A stretch of DNA of 64,000 bases from the NCBI GenBank assembly GCA_000320545.1, contig ADNK01000415.1, forward strand, positions 1 to 64,000, read 5' to 3'. Numbering within the stretch: the first letter of the stretch is position 1; every line of letters begins with the position of its first letter. The notes beneath the pieces are model-generated. The model made no database searches and was not told the DNA's origin. It saw nothing but the letters and a program-made list of their open reading frames with translations. A program made the position numbers and the translations under genes. The DNA comes from Bigelowiella natans CCMP2755. Lineage: Eukaryota; Protista; Cercozoa. Shown one piece after another: positions 27,645 to 40,585 of the stretch.

Positions 27645-28065
27645 TCACTCATTCATTCAAAATGATTAAATAGTAATATACAGTCAAGGCCATATTGCAC
27701 AATACTATAATATGTATGCTACAAGCAAACAAATATTGACACGGAATGGAGGCAGCTAACATTCCGCGTATGCTTTGTGAGGGGCATATCGTAAAATACC
27801 AACATCTCTTTTTCCGCTGAGATTTGCATGAAGAGATGCTAGCAAGTTCTTTCCAAGTTCATTTTCATAGTACCTCTCCCCCAATTTTGTTCCACACCCC
27901 ATATCATCCCCCTCCCCCCCCCCTCCTAATAACCTTTTCTAGACGGATCATATTGAATGACGATAGGTCCCGCAGATAAGTAGCGATCTCGTCACGATGA
28001 TCTGGCATGCTCTTGTCTGCTGCATCTCCCAGCAGGGCATTGTCAGCCAACGCAGAAGTATCCAT
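19472..28065 (-). CDS. COG8: Conserved oligomeric Golgi complex subunit 8 (COG8/Dor1), many exons, apparently extended by a coiled-coil and degenerate EF-hand-like C-terminus
   Basis: Spliced motifs in COG8 order: YLRDLSSFNMIRLEK|EPAHLESSLQRVDGEMQRLATENY; QLLEILEIPQLINSCAR..YEEAL; YLRRVGGFSEGRLR; RQHIFEILHQYRAIF; ILCRVGVDFRAAM; IIVAFNSLRHCTP; FETCLLPYL. ATG at 28065 (MDTSALADNALLGD). Downstream exons join in phase to the stop at 19472. Confidence 0.8.
24035..24110. repeat. Tandem duplication of about 38 bp in a COG8 intron
   Basis: atatgcgtgtattg(c/t)tcata(ta)tctagcacgtacatgc present twice. Confidence 0.8.
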
Positions 28066-28217
28066 CTTCCCTCCTCCTCCTCTTATGAGCCGGTAGACGC
28101 TGGGGGGAGGACGATAGATAGCTCCAATAGCCGGCTGCCCCCTCTCTCTGAGTCTCTTGCCTGAAAAAGTGACGTAGGCGTTGACCCGATGGGAATCTAA
28201 TTTTGGGTGAAAATCGA

Positions 28218-28930
28218 ATGGAAACGCAGGTCATTTTTAATTTTATATCTTCGATTTTTCGGAGAGTCTCGAGAGATTGTGTGTTTCGGCGCTCAGACGA
28301 GCGTCTTCCTGTGTGCCTAACCCAACCGACCAATGCCATGCACCACGATTTCAGATGTTGCAGGGGGGGATGGCACTCTCCGTGGCCGCCTGTCCCATTG
28401 ATCTTTACGATCCTGGTGAGAGCCTAATCGATGTTGTTCGAAGTTCCATGTTTGGTTTAATCAAAGTCCTTGCAGCTATGGTCCTGTCGAGCATCGAGAT
28501 TTGAATGTGGAAATAATGTGGCAAATCCTCTGCCGTATCCATCGCAGACAGTAATCGGGTAACCGCTCAACGCTCTAACTCCAGTTAGATCCATGTATGT
28601 TCTGATTTGATTTGATGTAGGACGACCCGCAGTCATTTTACAGATGATGACGACGACAAGGCGGCTGCAGCTGCTACTGTATCGGTGATCCAGGCCCTCG
28701 GAGTGCAAGACCTGTCTCCCGAAACACCTACTACACTGCCAATGGTGATCGTCCATCGATTTGAGCTTTGCCTTGTGTGCATCATAATGCTGATCCGATA
28801 CATGCGATTTTGGCGCTGATTGTTTCTAAGATTACGGTGTTGACGATATTCGACAACAATCCGTTGAGCTGCCATCACAGAAATGTCACAGAAAGGTGCG
28901 AATAAGATCCCAGTTTTGATGATGATGATG

Positions 28931-28996
<66 letters not shown>

Positions 28997-30965
28997 ACTA
29001 AACTGCCGATTCTGAAAGGGTAATTAACATAACTTTCTGCTCGGCACATGCACCTATGTGATCATCTCAGGAGTATGATAGTTAACTTTGGCTACGCTCA
29101 TTATCCGCCGGTACGCTTTCTTTTATTGCAGCAAGGACGAAAATGGCCATCAGAAAAGTTGATGTCAAATCCTCATCTAATATTTGTACTATAGGAATTG
29201 CTGGATTGGATCATCATCGATGCCTCTGATACGAAATCTGACCACCTGTCCTCCGTTTCATTGTAATCTAGCTTAAATTCTTCTGCTTAGATGACATATA
29301 TTGATCGTCGAACATATTGAAGAAGGATTCTTTGTAACTACCCAGGGAAGACACTCGGATAAGATATTTTCACAAGAGGGGACTTCATTTCCAAGCAGCC
29401 GTTAAATATTCTATAGATTTGGCTCTGTCAAATGTGGCTTCGCCGCAAGTATTATGTGACCGTGATGTTGACATCGATCGATCGTTACTTTTGACAACCA
29501 TGAATAACGCATCCCAATCAGGATGTGGCAAGTGGGACGACCCAGCACGCTAGTCTTCTGGTCCGTAGAGAATGATACAGTAATTGCCATGATGAGTAGG
29601 TCGTAACCGATAGCGTTTCTTCGTATTAAGGTTTCCATGCGGCCAGGGGGTGTCTACCACCCTAGTTATTTGCACTTTGCAGCCTCTGCTTTTATCAGTG
29701 CTGCAACTAGCAGCCCACCAGTCATATTGGTAAGCGTATGTTATCATTTTTGTCAGCAATATTTGTTTAATTCTACGATGGTTGTTTCATTTTATACAGA
29801 TGCTAGAAACCGGGGTGTCACATCTGGAGCATGACCTTGATGGCTCTCTAACGGAGGGAACTTGTAATGACGATGAACGCACACGATCAAAATCGAACCA
29901 ACCATTTTTTAAAACAAAAAAACAAGATCGCTTTGCAACAAAAAAGTGAACAGTTTTATTGAAATCTTTTTAAAAAAATATTTTCAAGCTAAAAAATTAC
30001 GAATTCAGACTCTAATGCCCATTCAGGTGATATGATAGGCTGTCGCAAGTTTCCCATGCTAAAGTCTCAACTGAAGGAGTGGTTCTCTATGTTTCTGTTT
30101 CATTTTGCGTAGCACCACATAAACCTAATATCGTACCTATTATTATCATTCTACAAGGTACCTGGCTGAGTGGGCTATCAGTCTCTACCATTTTCATAAA
30201 AACGAATGCTCTTTAAGCGGACAGGTCGTACTCAAACTCTTCCCCACCACGTCAATTGCATTGAGATCCACGTGTTCTTCTCTGCAAATATAGAGAGAAG
30301 CATCAAAAGCAGACAACTCCACGATTTACTGCGAAAAGGTCACTTTCTCTTTACGATTCACAATTTTCTAACCTTAACCTACTAACACTCTCTATGCGGA
30401 TCTTTGTTTCCCTTTTGAACATACGTAATCAACCCGTCAGATTACTACTTCCAAGTTGCTCTTCGCAAATGTTTTGCCAAACGGTAGAACCTGACTCATT
30501 AACAAAGCTTGATGAGGCAGTAACTTTTGATTCCTTTGCACAGAGGATTTCCTTGTTTCCAGACTGGCAGATGACGCTGTGAAGGACGCTGATGCATCAT
30601 TCGAAAAAATGCAAGTTTGCCAAACGAAGGTGAGCTCTCTACTTCACAGGTATCTTAAGACATAAGCTTGTGTCTAATGTCAAATCACCATCCTTTTAGG
30701 CATTAAGAGAGAAAAACTTCAACGTACTGCAAGCATTGTTGCGGCCAGGTGAGAAGGCATGTTAGATTCATTCTCTTCAAAGACTTACAGACAAAAATCG
30801 TTCAACTATGGTTTTACAGATTGTATTCAGATTCGTGACATAGGGGAGCCTGATTTCTTTGACCCGAGGTAAATAATACGTAAACGTGTAAAAGTCTACA
30901 CTGCGATCTCATTCTCTTTCACAACATCCAGGGCGAGCTGGTTCAAGGCAATGTCGAGGGGCTGA
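28218..30965 (+). CDS. Hypothetical multi-exon gene with small exons
   Basis: Short AG..GT-bounded segments that read in frame: MLQGGMALSVAACPIDLYDP|DDDDDKAAAAATVSVIQALG...; DYYFQVALRKCFAK; DAVKDADASFEKMQVCQTK; DCIQIRDIGEPDFFDPR|ASWFKAMSRG*. No domain recognised. Confidence 0.4.
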
Positions 30966-31049
30966 AGGCGAGACCTGTCTGATAAGATCTGGAGGTTCTC
31001 ATGCCAGAAGAGTTTCTGCACAAAACTTGTCAAATTTGTATTAGCGCGG

Positions 31050-31097
<48 letters not shown>

Positions 31098-31174
31098 ACT
31101 ATACGCGTATGATATCAATTGTGGATGATGACTTATTTTTTCTAATTTGTACATTTGCCATGCATGCGCATGTA

Positions 31175-31233
31175 AGACGGATGTAATTAATCAAATTAAA
31201 TTTGTTCAATAATGCTCATCCTCGTGTAGCTGT
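31175..31233. repeat. Dispersed repeat fragment, copy 1 (related to 39054-39106)
   Basis: agacggatgtaat..aattaaattt(g/t)ttcaat...tgtagctgt is shared by both loci. Confidence 0.6.
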
Positions 31234-32100
31234 GCAATGCAGCGGCTACAGGTGTGACGGAGTTATTACAATGAATGGTGCGAGCGAGCAGCCGCGCGCT
31301 GCAACGCGGCGGTCTGGCGCTGGCGATTGGCCATCGGGGCACGCTAGCACGTGCAATGGATGCAGTGACTAAATTCTAGCGCAAATCTAGCAATGCAGAA
31401 TGCTAAAATGCCTTTGCGGTCGCAACATGGATGCATGTCTAGCATAGATGTGCCGCTAGTAGATAGAGAAAATGAGCAACATAGATGCGGCTCTATTGTT
31501 TTTTGTTGTCATAATTTTGATGAGTCACTTGTCTTTACCATGTCTAGCGTAGCAAACACATGTGCAAGTGGAGTCAACGCAGGCCATCGGCGACGAGGCG
31601 CTCCGACACTCACTAGCTTAGGCACATCGCCCGAACGAAGGAAATTGCAATGGACACAGTGATGCGCATGATGCATGAAACACACATGTTGCTATATTGC
31701 ATCACGTGTCGTATGTCTACAATAAGTGCCACTCTAGCACTGTTGAAAGGATTTAATCTCACTTCATTACATCCGTCTCATAATATTACAAGTGCCGCAT
31801 ATCTAGATATGTGTGATTTGTGTGCACATTAGTTGTAGTCACGCGTGCTAGCGTGTATGTCATCCATTTACCTGTGACTGCTCTAGTGCTGCGTGTTGGC
31901 GCACTTCATTCATATATTCATGCATGTTGCTGTCTGCTCCGCTGCGTACTTGGGTGTTGCTTTACGGTACGAACAACAACCCATCTCATCACTTCTTAAT
32001 TCATGTTTGCGAAGACTGTTTTGTGGTGATTCTGCTTACTATGTCGCTATGTTACATGTTGCAGGCACGTAATAATTTGTTTCGTTAGTGTTGCATTCCT
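31230..32100. other. CTAG/TGCA/CATG-rich zone between convergent gene ends
   Basis: gctagcacgtgcaatg, atgcatgtctagc and gatgcgcatgatgcatg words; reduced TpA outside CTA/TAG. Confidence 0.65.
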
Positions 32101-32294
32101 GATTAGAAACAACGACTACGTCGAACATACAATCTAAAGAGAACTAGAGCACTGGGTATTACAATAAAGAAGAATTTCCCCTACTACTAGATATTACGTT
32201 CTAACCTAACTTCATTATTCGATTTCTTAATTTGGTAAATATCTTGATTTGCAGCTTCTATGCGGCAATTCCAAAAACGTGGGTTTTCCACAAA

Positions 32295-34421
32295 TCATTC
32301 ACGAGAAGACTTAGAGAAAAGGCACCTGAGGCGAATCACATTAGCCTGTCCGTTCTTCCCCTTGACCTTTTCCGCCTTCCACGAGGTTTTCGAGGGGCAG
32401 GACTTCTTACTATTTCTGGCACCTGCTGCAGCGTCGTCTTCATTTTTAGGCTGCTGAGGAGACCCCCCGGCGTTCTTGAGCCGCTCCAGCTCCGCTCGTA
32501 GGTTATCGTACTGAATCTTCATCGCCTTTAGTTGTTTCTCCGTTTCAGCAGCCAGATTTTCCTCTCCTTTTGACTTATTTTGCAACTCGCCCTCTTTGCC
32601 TCTACTCCTCCGTTTCTTTTTCCGACCACGGCAGGATGGTATCATCTTTTTTTCAGCCGAAGGAGTTTGCTGCTTAGAATGTAGTAGAGCGTTGCTTTGT
32701 CTCTTCCTCTTCTTTTTCTTCCGATTCTTCTTCGGTTTATTATCTGCATGGTCCCGTGTAGTAGTAGTGCTACTGCTACTGCTGCTCTCTGAGACACCAA
32801 CCTGCATTTCAGCTGCTATACCTTGTTCGCTACTTCCATTACTTATGTTATTCGCCTCGACCCGAGGTACTACTACCAAGGTCTCCGTTTCTCTATTGCT
32901 ATTTACATTTGAAACAATGCCCTGAAAGCGAATGAGACGGGTAGGTTTGCGCCACGGTGTGGCCGTGGTATCGTAATTATAACGTAGGGGCTGAGAAAGG
33001 CCACTCTCTTGAGAAGGGGGGGACGATGATAAGTCCCGGTTCTCGCTGCTGCCCACTATCTTCTCTTTATTAGTCCCCGGCGGTTGTTTTTCAATGCTGC
33101 TAAGCTTCTTCAACTGCTTGGAGTTCGATTTCTTCCTCCTACGTTCTCGTTTCTGTTTCTCTAGAATCTCTGTGATTCGTGCACAGTCGCGTTGGTAGCT
33201 TCGCTTGTGCCAGGCGAAGTAAGTCTCATCAGAAATGTCTTCTTCACTGCTGCACTCGCCCACTTTCATCTTGTCCTCCCCTCCCTGCTCGTGGATTTCC
33301 GTATTATTATGATCCACCTCTTCCTTCTGTCGCCAGGGGGGTGTTATAATCTCTCTCTTAAACATCTGCCACTCCGTAGATATATCTGATGTTGTTGATG
33401 ATGATGGAATCGGAATGAGGACGAGATAAGAGAGGAGAGAAAAGAAGAAAAGTGAACGAGCAATCTTGTTGCACAATGATCACTCCCTTTGGCAGCAACA
33501 TGTCACATCCTACCCACCTCTTGGAACAGGAAGACTGAGAGACACGAAGCCGAGAAGATCATTTGAATTTTTCCTCCTTGGCGTTACCATTGGTGAAGCT
33601 GGCAAACGCTGGAGCTTTTGCAAAGCGGTGGCCTTTTTACTTCTTGAAGGAACGCTATTTGGGCTTTTGTGCGCAGTTTTTCTATCGACATGCTGCCTCC
33701 CTATTGCTTCCGGGAGAGATATTTGTTTCTTCATTGGAGTATTATTATGTACACAATGGGTTCCATTCAAAATTTGCGACACGTTTTTGGGCACGATGGT
33801 TTCATTTCCTTTTTGGGGAGTAGCCACCTTACCATGGCCGGGTGAAGGCTGAGTTTCGATCTTGAGTGTGGATGCATTTTCCAGTGCTGAATTTGTTGTA
33901 CTTACGTCAGGAGTGGACTTCGTAGAGGAAGGGGAAATTCCTGCCCCAAGATCACTTGTCGTCTGTGTATTTTTTATGTGCGCCGCAGCAGTTTGAGCAG
34001 GTGTGGCTTGGCCGATTGTAGGCATCATAGGCGCTGGAACATGAAACGTTGACGAGGGATTGACGTGTAAATTTGGTGAAGACTTGCCCATACCACCGTG
34101 CATTTGTGCCTTGTAGTAAAATTGCGAGGAAATATAATTTTGAAGGTACATCATATTGTTTCCTCCCTGATGATTGAAGAGAGTGCTTTGCGGTGGTGCT
34201 TTTACGGGTTGTTGCTGCGGTTGCATTGGAACTGAAACGAGAGGGAATAGGTATGGTCTCTTGCCGACGATCATGGCGTTTGTCATGGGTAGTACGTGAA
34301 TCGGCCGTCCACTCTGCTTCGAATCCACGAAGTTGTTGGCAGAGGCAGAGTGAAGAGACGGTGGTGCCGGATATGGTGCAGTGGCTGCTGCCGCGGAAGC
34401 CGATGGTCTTCCTTTATTCAT
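32295..34421 (-). CDS. PEHE-domain protein, MSL1/KANSL1-like (putative partner of a MYST acetyltransferase), at least 2 exons
   Basis: Intron near 33517-33387 joins RRKNSNDLLGFVSLSLPVPR|DISTEWQMFKREIITPPWR...EEDISDETYFAWHKRSYQRD, matching the PEHE pattern (EI-x-P-x-WR ... EDxSDExF/YxxxH). The rest is low-complexity and Lys/Arg-rich. The 3' end may include one more exon. Confidence 0.6.
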
Positions 34422-35399
34422 GTCTTTGTCGTTGAGTTGTGAAATCTAAGAGAGCATTTCTCAGGTAATGATGCTGTGCGAGGCTGGGAAATGGGGAGGT
34501 TTTCTAGTTTATTATGGAAGCGTATATTACTAGTGGTGTTGCAAGAGGAGGTGGATGCGCTGAAAGGATGACAGCGTATTTCTTATTTCACAGTCCGATG
34601 TACTTGGTTCAGGGCATTAGGTTTTCCAATTTCGCTCTATCTTACCTCTGGATTTTATGCCTCGAAGAGTTCAGGATAAGGTATAGGGGGCTACGATTTA
34701 CAGCAACATTTTAAATGTTTGAGATCTGTAATGAACGTTCCGACGGCTTACGTTGTCGTCTTCAGTATGTGAAGAAGCTCTAACAGGGTAGAATCTGATG
34801 TATAAGGCGCATTGGTGTATGGATTTTTTTTTTAAAGTTATGTAAGCACAAAATGTTTGTACAGTGGATACGAGAACGCGCACTGTGAGCACTGGGGTTG
34901 GAAAATGGTTGAAAATTAGCTCCAGTGCGTCATTAACAAATATCTCTTCTGATTTATCATTTACGATACATTTTTCATCTTCATTTTCGATCTATTTCGC
35001 AAAATTTGGAGGATCGGGGGGGGGGGGGGAAAGAGATGATTTTCTTAACCATTCTCTTTGATTATGTTTGTTGACCAATTTACATGGAATTCGAAGTATA
35101 CGACAATGATTCTTTGCAACAATTACAAAATTTTTAGCTTCCGCATTCCATGGATTTGCGCGCCGGCCTTTGGTTTTGTTCTTGTTTGAAGAGTTCGGGT
35201 TTAAATGAATGTTGCAGGACGCAATATATTAATGCAATGTATTTTTAGCATGTACGAGACAATCCAGATTTTCGTAGCCAATCCCAGATTTTCCTCAGAA
35301 GTCTCTCATACATGTATGTCATCGCAGGTTTTGTTTTGTCTCTTGATGGAGTTTCTCTGTGCTAGATCTATTTTTGGCGCGATCTCGGATAATTTCTAG

Positions 35400-36050
35400 A
35401 ATACCCGCACACGGAACCTCATCCAGAAATTTTACTGGTGATACTGGATATATTCAGAAATAAATGTAAATAATAAATTATTTGTAAATGCGGTATTATG
35501 ACCCAATATAAATTAATAGTCATTTATCTAGTTGAATCTTAAAAAAATCATTCGATTTATTTGTATTTTTTTGTCTCAGAAATTCTTACATTCTTACAAT
35601 ATTTATTACGTCGCATAAACTGTTTTCAGCATAAAAGAAATTACAGTAAGCCTATTTTTTTATGCTTAATGACATATACACCCAATTATCAACCTTTATA
35701 ATTGTCGATACCATCAATTCATATGGATACTGTCTACATTTTGAATTATAATTAGATAAACCGCCATCTTAAAAATCCTAATTATTCTACAGGTTTTGAG
35801 TGGTAGCAGCAACTTTCAGAGTTAAATCAATCTCTATTTTTAAAGTATCATGAAAATACAACACAATACATTGGAAGACACAAAATATAATTTAAAACCA
35901 AAAAATATTTTGAAATCGAAGATCCTTTGAATATGACCTTTAGATGTTGGGTTTTTTTTAAGGAATTGTTGTCTTATATTATAAATTACAAATAAAATTT
36001 GAATTTTACTTTATTGACAATTCTGAAATATTTTAAAAAGTCGCATCGGA
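35400..36050. promoter_or_regulatory. Very AT-rich divergent intergenic region upstream of the DAHP synthase-AKR gene
   Basis: Visibly the most AT-rich stretch in the window, with no ORFs; lies between divergent starts at 34421 and 36111. Confidence 0.45.
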
Positions 36051-36110
36051 CTCGGAGCTTTGCGGTAGCTACTATTATCAAAAATCAACAGAACAACGAA
36101 GATTCACCCC

Positions 36111-38584
36111 ATGTCTATGCCAACGAAAGCACACTGGTCTTTGGAAGCCTGGAGGAGCCTGCCTGCTAGGCACCAGCCAGTCTACAAGGACAAGAAGGAA
36201 TTGGAGCGTGTGCGCTCAACTTTGGAGGGACTTCCTGGTCTCGTTTCCTTTGCTGAAGTCTCGGCGCTACGCTCGAAGTTGGAGATGGTGTATGAAGGCA
36301 AATGCTTCTACCTTCAAGGGGGTCATTGTGCTGAGACCTTTAACCACTGCAACAAGGAGTCCATTCAGCCCATGCTCGATGTGATGAACATTATGAAGAA
36401 GGTGAGAATTAGATGGAAAGATAAGATTAAAAGAAATTATCACCTGATTGTCGTTCATATTTTCAGGTCATCTCCGAGTATACGGACATGCCAGTTGTGA
36501 CTCTTGGACGCATGGCTGGACAATATGCAAAGCCTCGTTCCAGCCCAACTGAGACTGTGAAAGGGGTTGTGATGGATTCATACAAGGGGGATATCATCAA
36601 CTGTAATCAAGCTGATGCCAAGGGACGGATTCCAGATCCAAACCGTATGATCCAAGGATACTTCCGCTCGGCAGCTTGCTTGAATTTCATTCGCAGTTCT
36701 ACTCATGTGAACAACCGCGTAAGCGGGGACATGCTTCAACGAGTGCGAATGATCTTGGGTTCAGGTGCAGTTCGATCTTGCTTTCATCCTGGTATGGTTG
36801 GTTTTGGGGATGATCTTAAGTTTAAGCATCTGTACAATGAGATGCCAAAGATTGAGAAAGACCAATCAAAGCTCGCTCCCGGTGAGAACTTTTTCATTTC
36901 CCATGAAGGACTACTTCTCGATTACGAGGACAGTCTTACTCGATGTGAGACAAAATCTGATGATGACGATGCTGCGAAGACTTGGTACAATGCCTCTACT
37001 CATATGCTGTGGATTGGTCACCGTACCCGTGGTCTTGAAGATGCTCATGTTGAATATTTCCGTGGACTCTACAACCCGGTCGGTGTGAAGGTTGGCCCAG
37101 GCACCACCCCAGAGGTGCTTGTGAAGTTGATCAACAGACTCAATCCGAAAAATGAAGCTGGGAAGATCGTCTTAATTACTCGTTTTGGTGCTGAAAAAGT
37201 TCTGAAAGATCTCCCAAGTCTGGTTCAAGCCGTAAAGGATGCTGGATTAAAAGTTATTTGGACCTGTGACCCTATGCATGGGAACACTTACAAAACCAAC
37301 ACTGGTTTCAAAACCCGTGATTTTAACAATATTGTAAAGGAAATTATAAACACCGTCGGTATCCATAAAAAAATTGGAACCCGTCTTAATGGTCTTCACC
37401 TAGAAATGTGCGGAGAAGACGTCACTGAATGCGTTGGTGGCCCTGAGAAGTTAGGAGAAACTGACCTTTCACGCTGCTTCACCTCCGCTTGTGATCCACG
37501 TCTGAACTTCGAACAAAGCGTCGCAGTTGCGTTTGCTGTTGGAAATGCTTTAAGAGCACCTGAAGCCAAAAAAACTATGTCACTTCCACAAGTCCCGTCT
37601 GTACAGTATGGTTCCGTCCCCGGTATGACGAAGCCAGTCTCAAGACTTATCTTTGGAACTCTGTTCCTGTCAAAAGTCTCTCAACCATTTAAACTTCTGG
37701 ATTCTATCTGGAGCAAAGGTGTCAATGCTTTTGACACTGCAGCAATCTACGGTGAACCTGAAGGCAGTTGCGAGAAGATACTCGGTGACTGGATCAAATC
37801 TCGCAATGTAAATAAAGAACAGCTTGTTCTCATCACTAAAGGTGGTTGCAGTGGCGCGGAGTCTAAATGGGCTGCTCGGACGAGCAAAGCTCAAATTTTG
37901 AAGGACATCGAAGGCTCTTTGGGACGTCTTGGTGTAGACACCATTGACATCTATCTCCTTCACCGTGATGACCCTTCAATTACTGTGCCAGAAATCGTTG
38001 ATACCATGAACGAACTCATTAAAAAAAAGAAAATCCTGAGTTGGGGTGTTTCTAACTGGAGTCTTGACCGCTTCAAAGCAGCTGTCGACTATGCTAAATC
38101 CAAAGATCTGGTTGGCCCCGTTGTAGATTCTCCACAAGCAAGTCTTGCGAAACCTGCGGGTCCTGTATGGCCTGGCACAACCCACATGAATGCGGAACGG
38201 GAGAAGTACTACACTACCAAAAAAGATGATGTATCTGTTTTTGCATGGGAAGCCCTCGCCAAAGGTTTCATGACTGGGAAGTGGAACCAGAATGACCTTG
38301 ACTCTGTTGAAGACAAACCATATCGCGAGAAGACACTAATTAAGGCTTATTGTACTGGCAGCAACTTTAAGCGTCGCCAGCGCGCCGAATTTCTTGCAAA
38401 GGAGAAGGGTGTCCCACTTCACTGTATCGCCCTTGCATACCTCTTGAATCTCCAGTGTGAGATGTTTGTACTTGTTGGTACCAGCAAACTTAATCATTTC
38501 AATTCCAACGTGGGTATGTTTGACGTCACTCTTTCAACTAAAGAATGCAAATGGTTGAACGAAGGAGGCGAACTTCAAGCATAA
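36111..38584 (+). CDS. Class II DAHP synthase fused to a C-terminal aldo-keto reductase; 2 exons (36111-36401, 36467-38584), about 802 aa, no targeting leader
   Basis: DAHP synthase II motifs WSLEAWR..QPVY, LQGGHCAETF, GRMAGQYAKPRS, SHEGLLLDYEDSLTR, WIGHRTR, NPVGVKVGP, CDPMHGNT, HLEMCGEDVTEC, CDPRLN. AKR from about 37600: FDTAAIYG, LVLITKGG, IDIYLLHRDD, GVSNWS. Continuous ORF across the junction; intron gtgaga..ttcag is in phase 0. Confidence 0.92.
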
Positions 38585-38649
38585 AAAACCAAGATTTGGA
38601 TTCGATATGCATGAAGATGGGTTTTCTAAATTATTTCGATTTGTAGAAC

Positions 38650-39200
38650 ATTGATACAGCATCCTGTGTCCATTCTGCATTATCTGCAGCTTACCGCCAT
38701 GCTAGCATGCCCACGGAGCGAAGCATCATGATCCACGTGCACGTATCTAGATATTTCATGCATCGCACAAGCTAGATAATTCATCATGTCTAGCTAGCTA
38801 GATGTACGTAGCAGCGCGCTAGCTAGCTGCTAGCGCGTGCAATATCACAGCTAGCAGACAGCGGCAAATGACTACTATCAGATGCAAAGCTAGATTTAGC
38901 TATAGGACATGTAGCGGCTGCACATCTAGCTAGACATGTTCTAGATGTTCCTTGCATCACATCATGTTGCATTGTTGGCGCACTAACACAACAATGCGAG
39001 TGCTGCATGAGTGTCGCGGGGCTGCCTAGCTGGTCATAGACTGTCTATATATGAGACGGATGTAATGAAGAATTAAATTTTTTCAATGGACACCTGATGT
39101 AGCTGTCTATATATAGCTGCTCGTCTCGACGACGACGCGACTTCAGATATGTGCTAGCTAGCTAGCTTATTGCATGCTAATTTACTGACATTAACAATGT
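38650..39200. other. CTAG/TGCA/CATG-rich zone between convergent DAHP synthase-AKR and GCS2 3' ends
   Basis: tctagctagctagatg, gctagctagctgctagc and tctagctagacatgttctaga words. Confidence 0.75.
39054..39106. repeat. Dispersed repeat fragment, copy 2 (related to 31175-31233)
   Basis: Same core words as copy 1, same orientation. Confidence 0.6.
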
Positions 39201-39222
39201 CTAAAATGTACGATGCAGTTGC

Positions 39223-40470
39223 TCAAAAGCCACAGTTTATCTCAGAATGTGAAATAAATCCCTGAAGTCCATCAGATTTTGCGATCTCTACTGCCTCCTG
39301 TGCAGGATTTTTCCTCTTTTGCATACGACTGTATGTTAAATGCATAGATGCAATGAATGGGTCACTCCAGCTGATCAGATTGAACAACTATTAGTAACTC
39401 ACTGAAAGAGCGGATCTAAAAGATGCTCCTCGTTTAGTCCCCGGGACTCGAGGCCCTTTCTTAGAGATAGAATTTTCATTTTTTTTGCTCGTTGTTTTGG
39501 AAACCACACATACATCACATCTACGCATGATTGTCATCATTCATGAACCTGCATTCTTTGAGAATGCTCTCAACAAAATCAGCGTTAAGAAACGAAGCAT
39601 CCTCGCGCAGCATACCGAGCCCCTACAAAGACGAATAACCAATAGCCGTTATATTCCTATTTGGAAAGTACGATATTGTATGTAGTACCACATTCTCTGC
39701 ATCCATTGTGGTGTTCTGGAAATCTCCCCACACCTGCAATGCACACACACACACACAAATGCATCGCGGTCATCCACACGATGCATTGACTACTAGCACC
39801 CAGGGATCTAAAAATTCATTCATGATACCCCTAATCGAATGAATGCTTTCTCCGATTACGCAGAGGGTAACTACCTCATCGAATGTCATGTTTTCTCCCC
39901 CCCCCTCCTCCTGTATTAGGCTCCAGATTCCCTCTGAGTTCTCCACCTAGTATCACCGGTGGTAGACGAGTTGATCGTTAATTGTCGGCACACATTTTGA
40001 AGGAGAATTGATTTTGCAAAGTGTGGGGGTAGGGGGGGGGGGGGCTGTGTGACTTTCTATGCCTCACAGAAGGGAAAGCATTCAAGAAAAGCTGATGCTT
40101 CCAGAAGCTACCAGATGCATACTTTTCTTCTTGCGACATCAACATATCCAAGTAAATCACCATCATCATAAACGTCAAAAGCTAACGAGAAATGCTGTCA
40201 TCAACGTGGTCATCCTGCCTCGCAAAGAGGTTGCTGCACGACTGCTGCATTCATTCAGGTACGATTACAAACACCAGCATTTACTAAGATCGTGTATTGT
40301 TATGGGTAGTAAGAATCGGTTGACCATTCCAAGGTGAAGTGCAGCAGCGCTCATGTGTTCAGACCTTCGTTCGCATATAACGGAAATATTTGTCATTCAA
40401 GATACAAACGTTAGAGTTTATCTTTTTTTCCTCACACACACACATATGTATCAATATATATATATATCGT

Positions 40471-40507
<37 letters not shown>

Positions 40508-40527
40508 CATATATATCACATACACAA

Positions 40528-40585
<58 letters not shown>

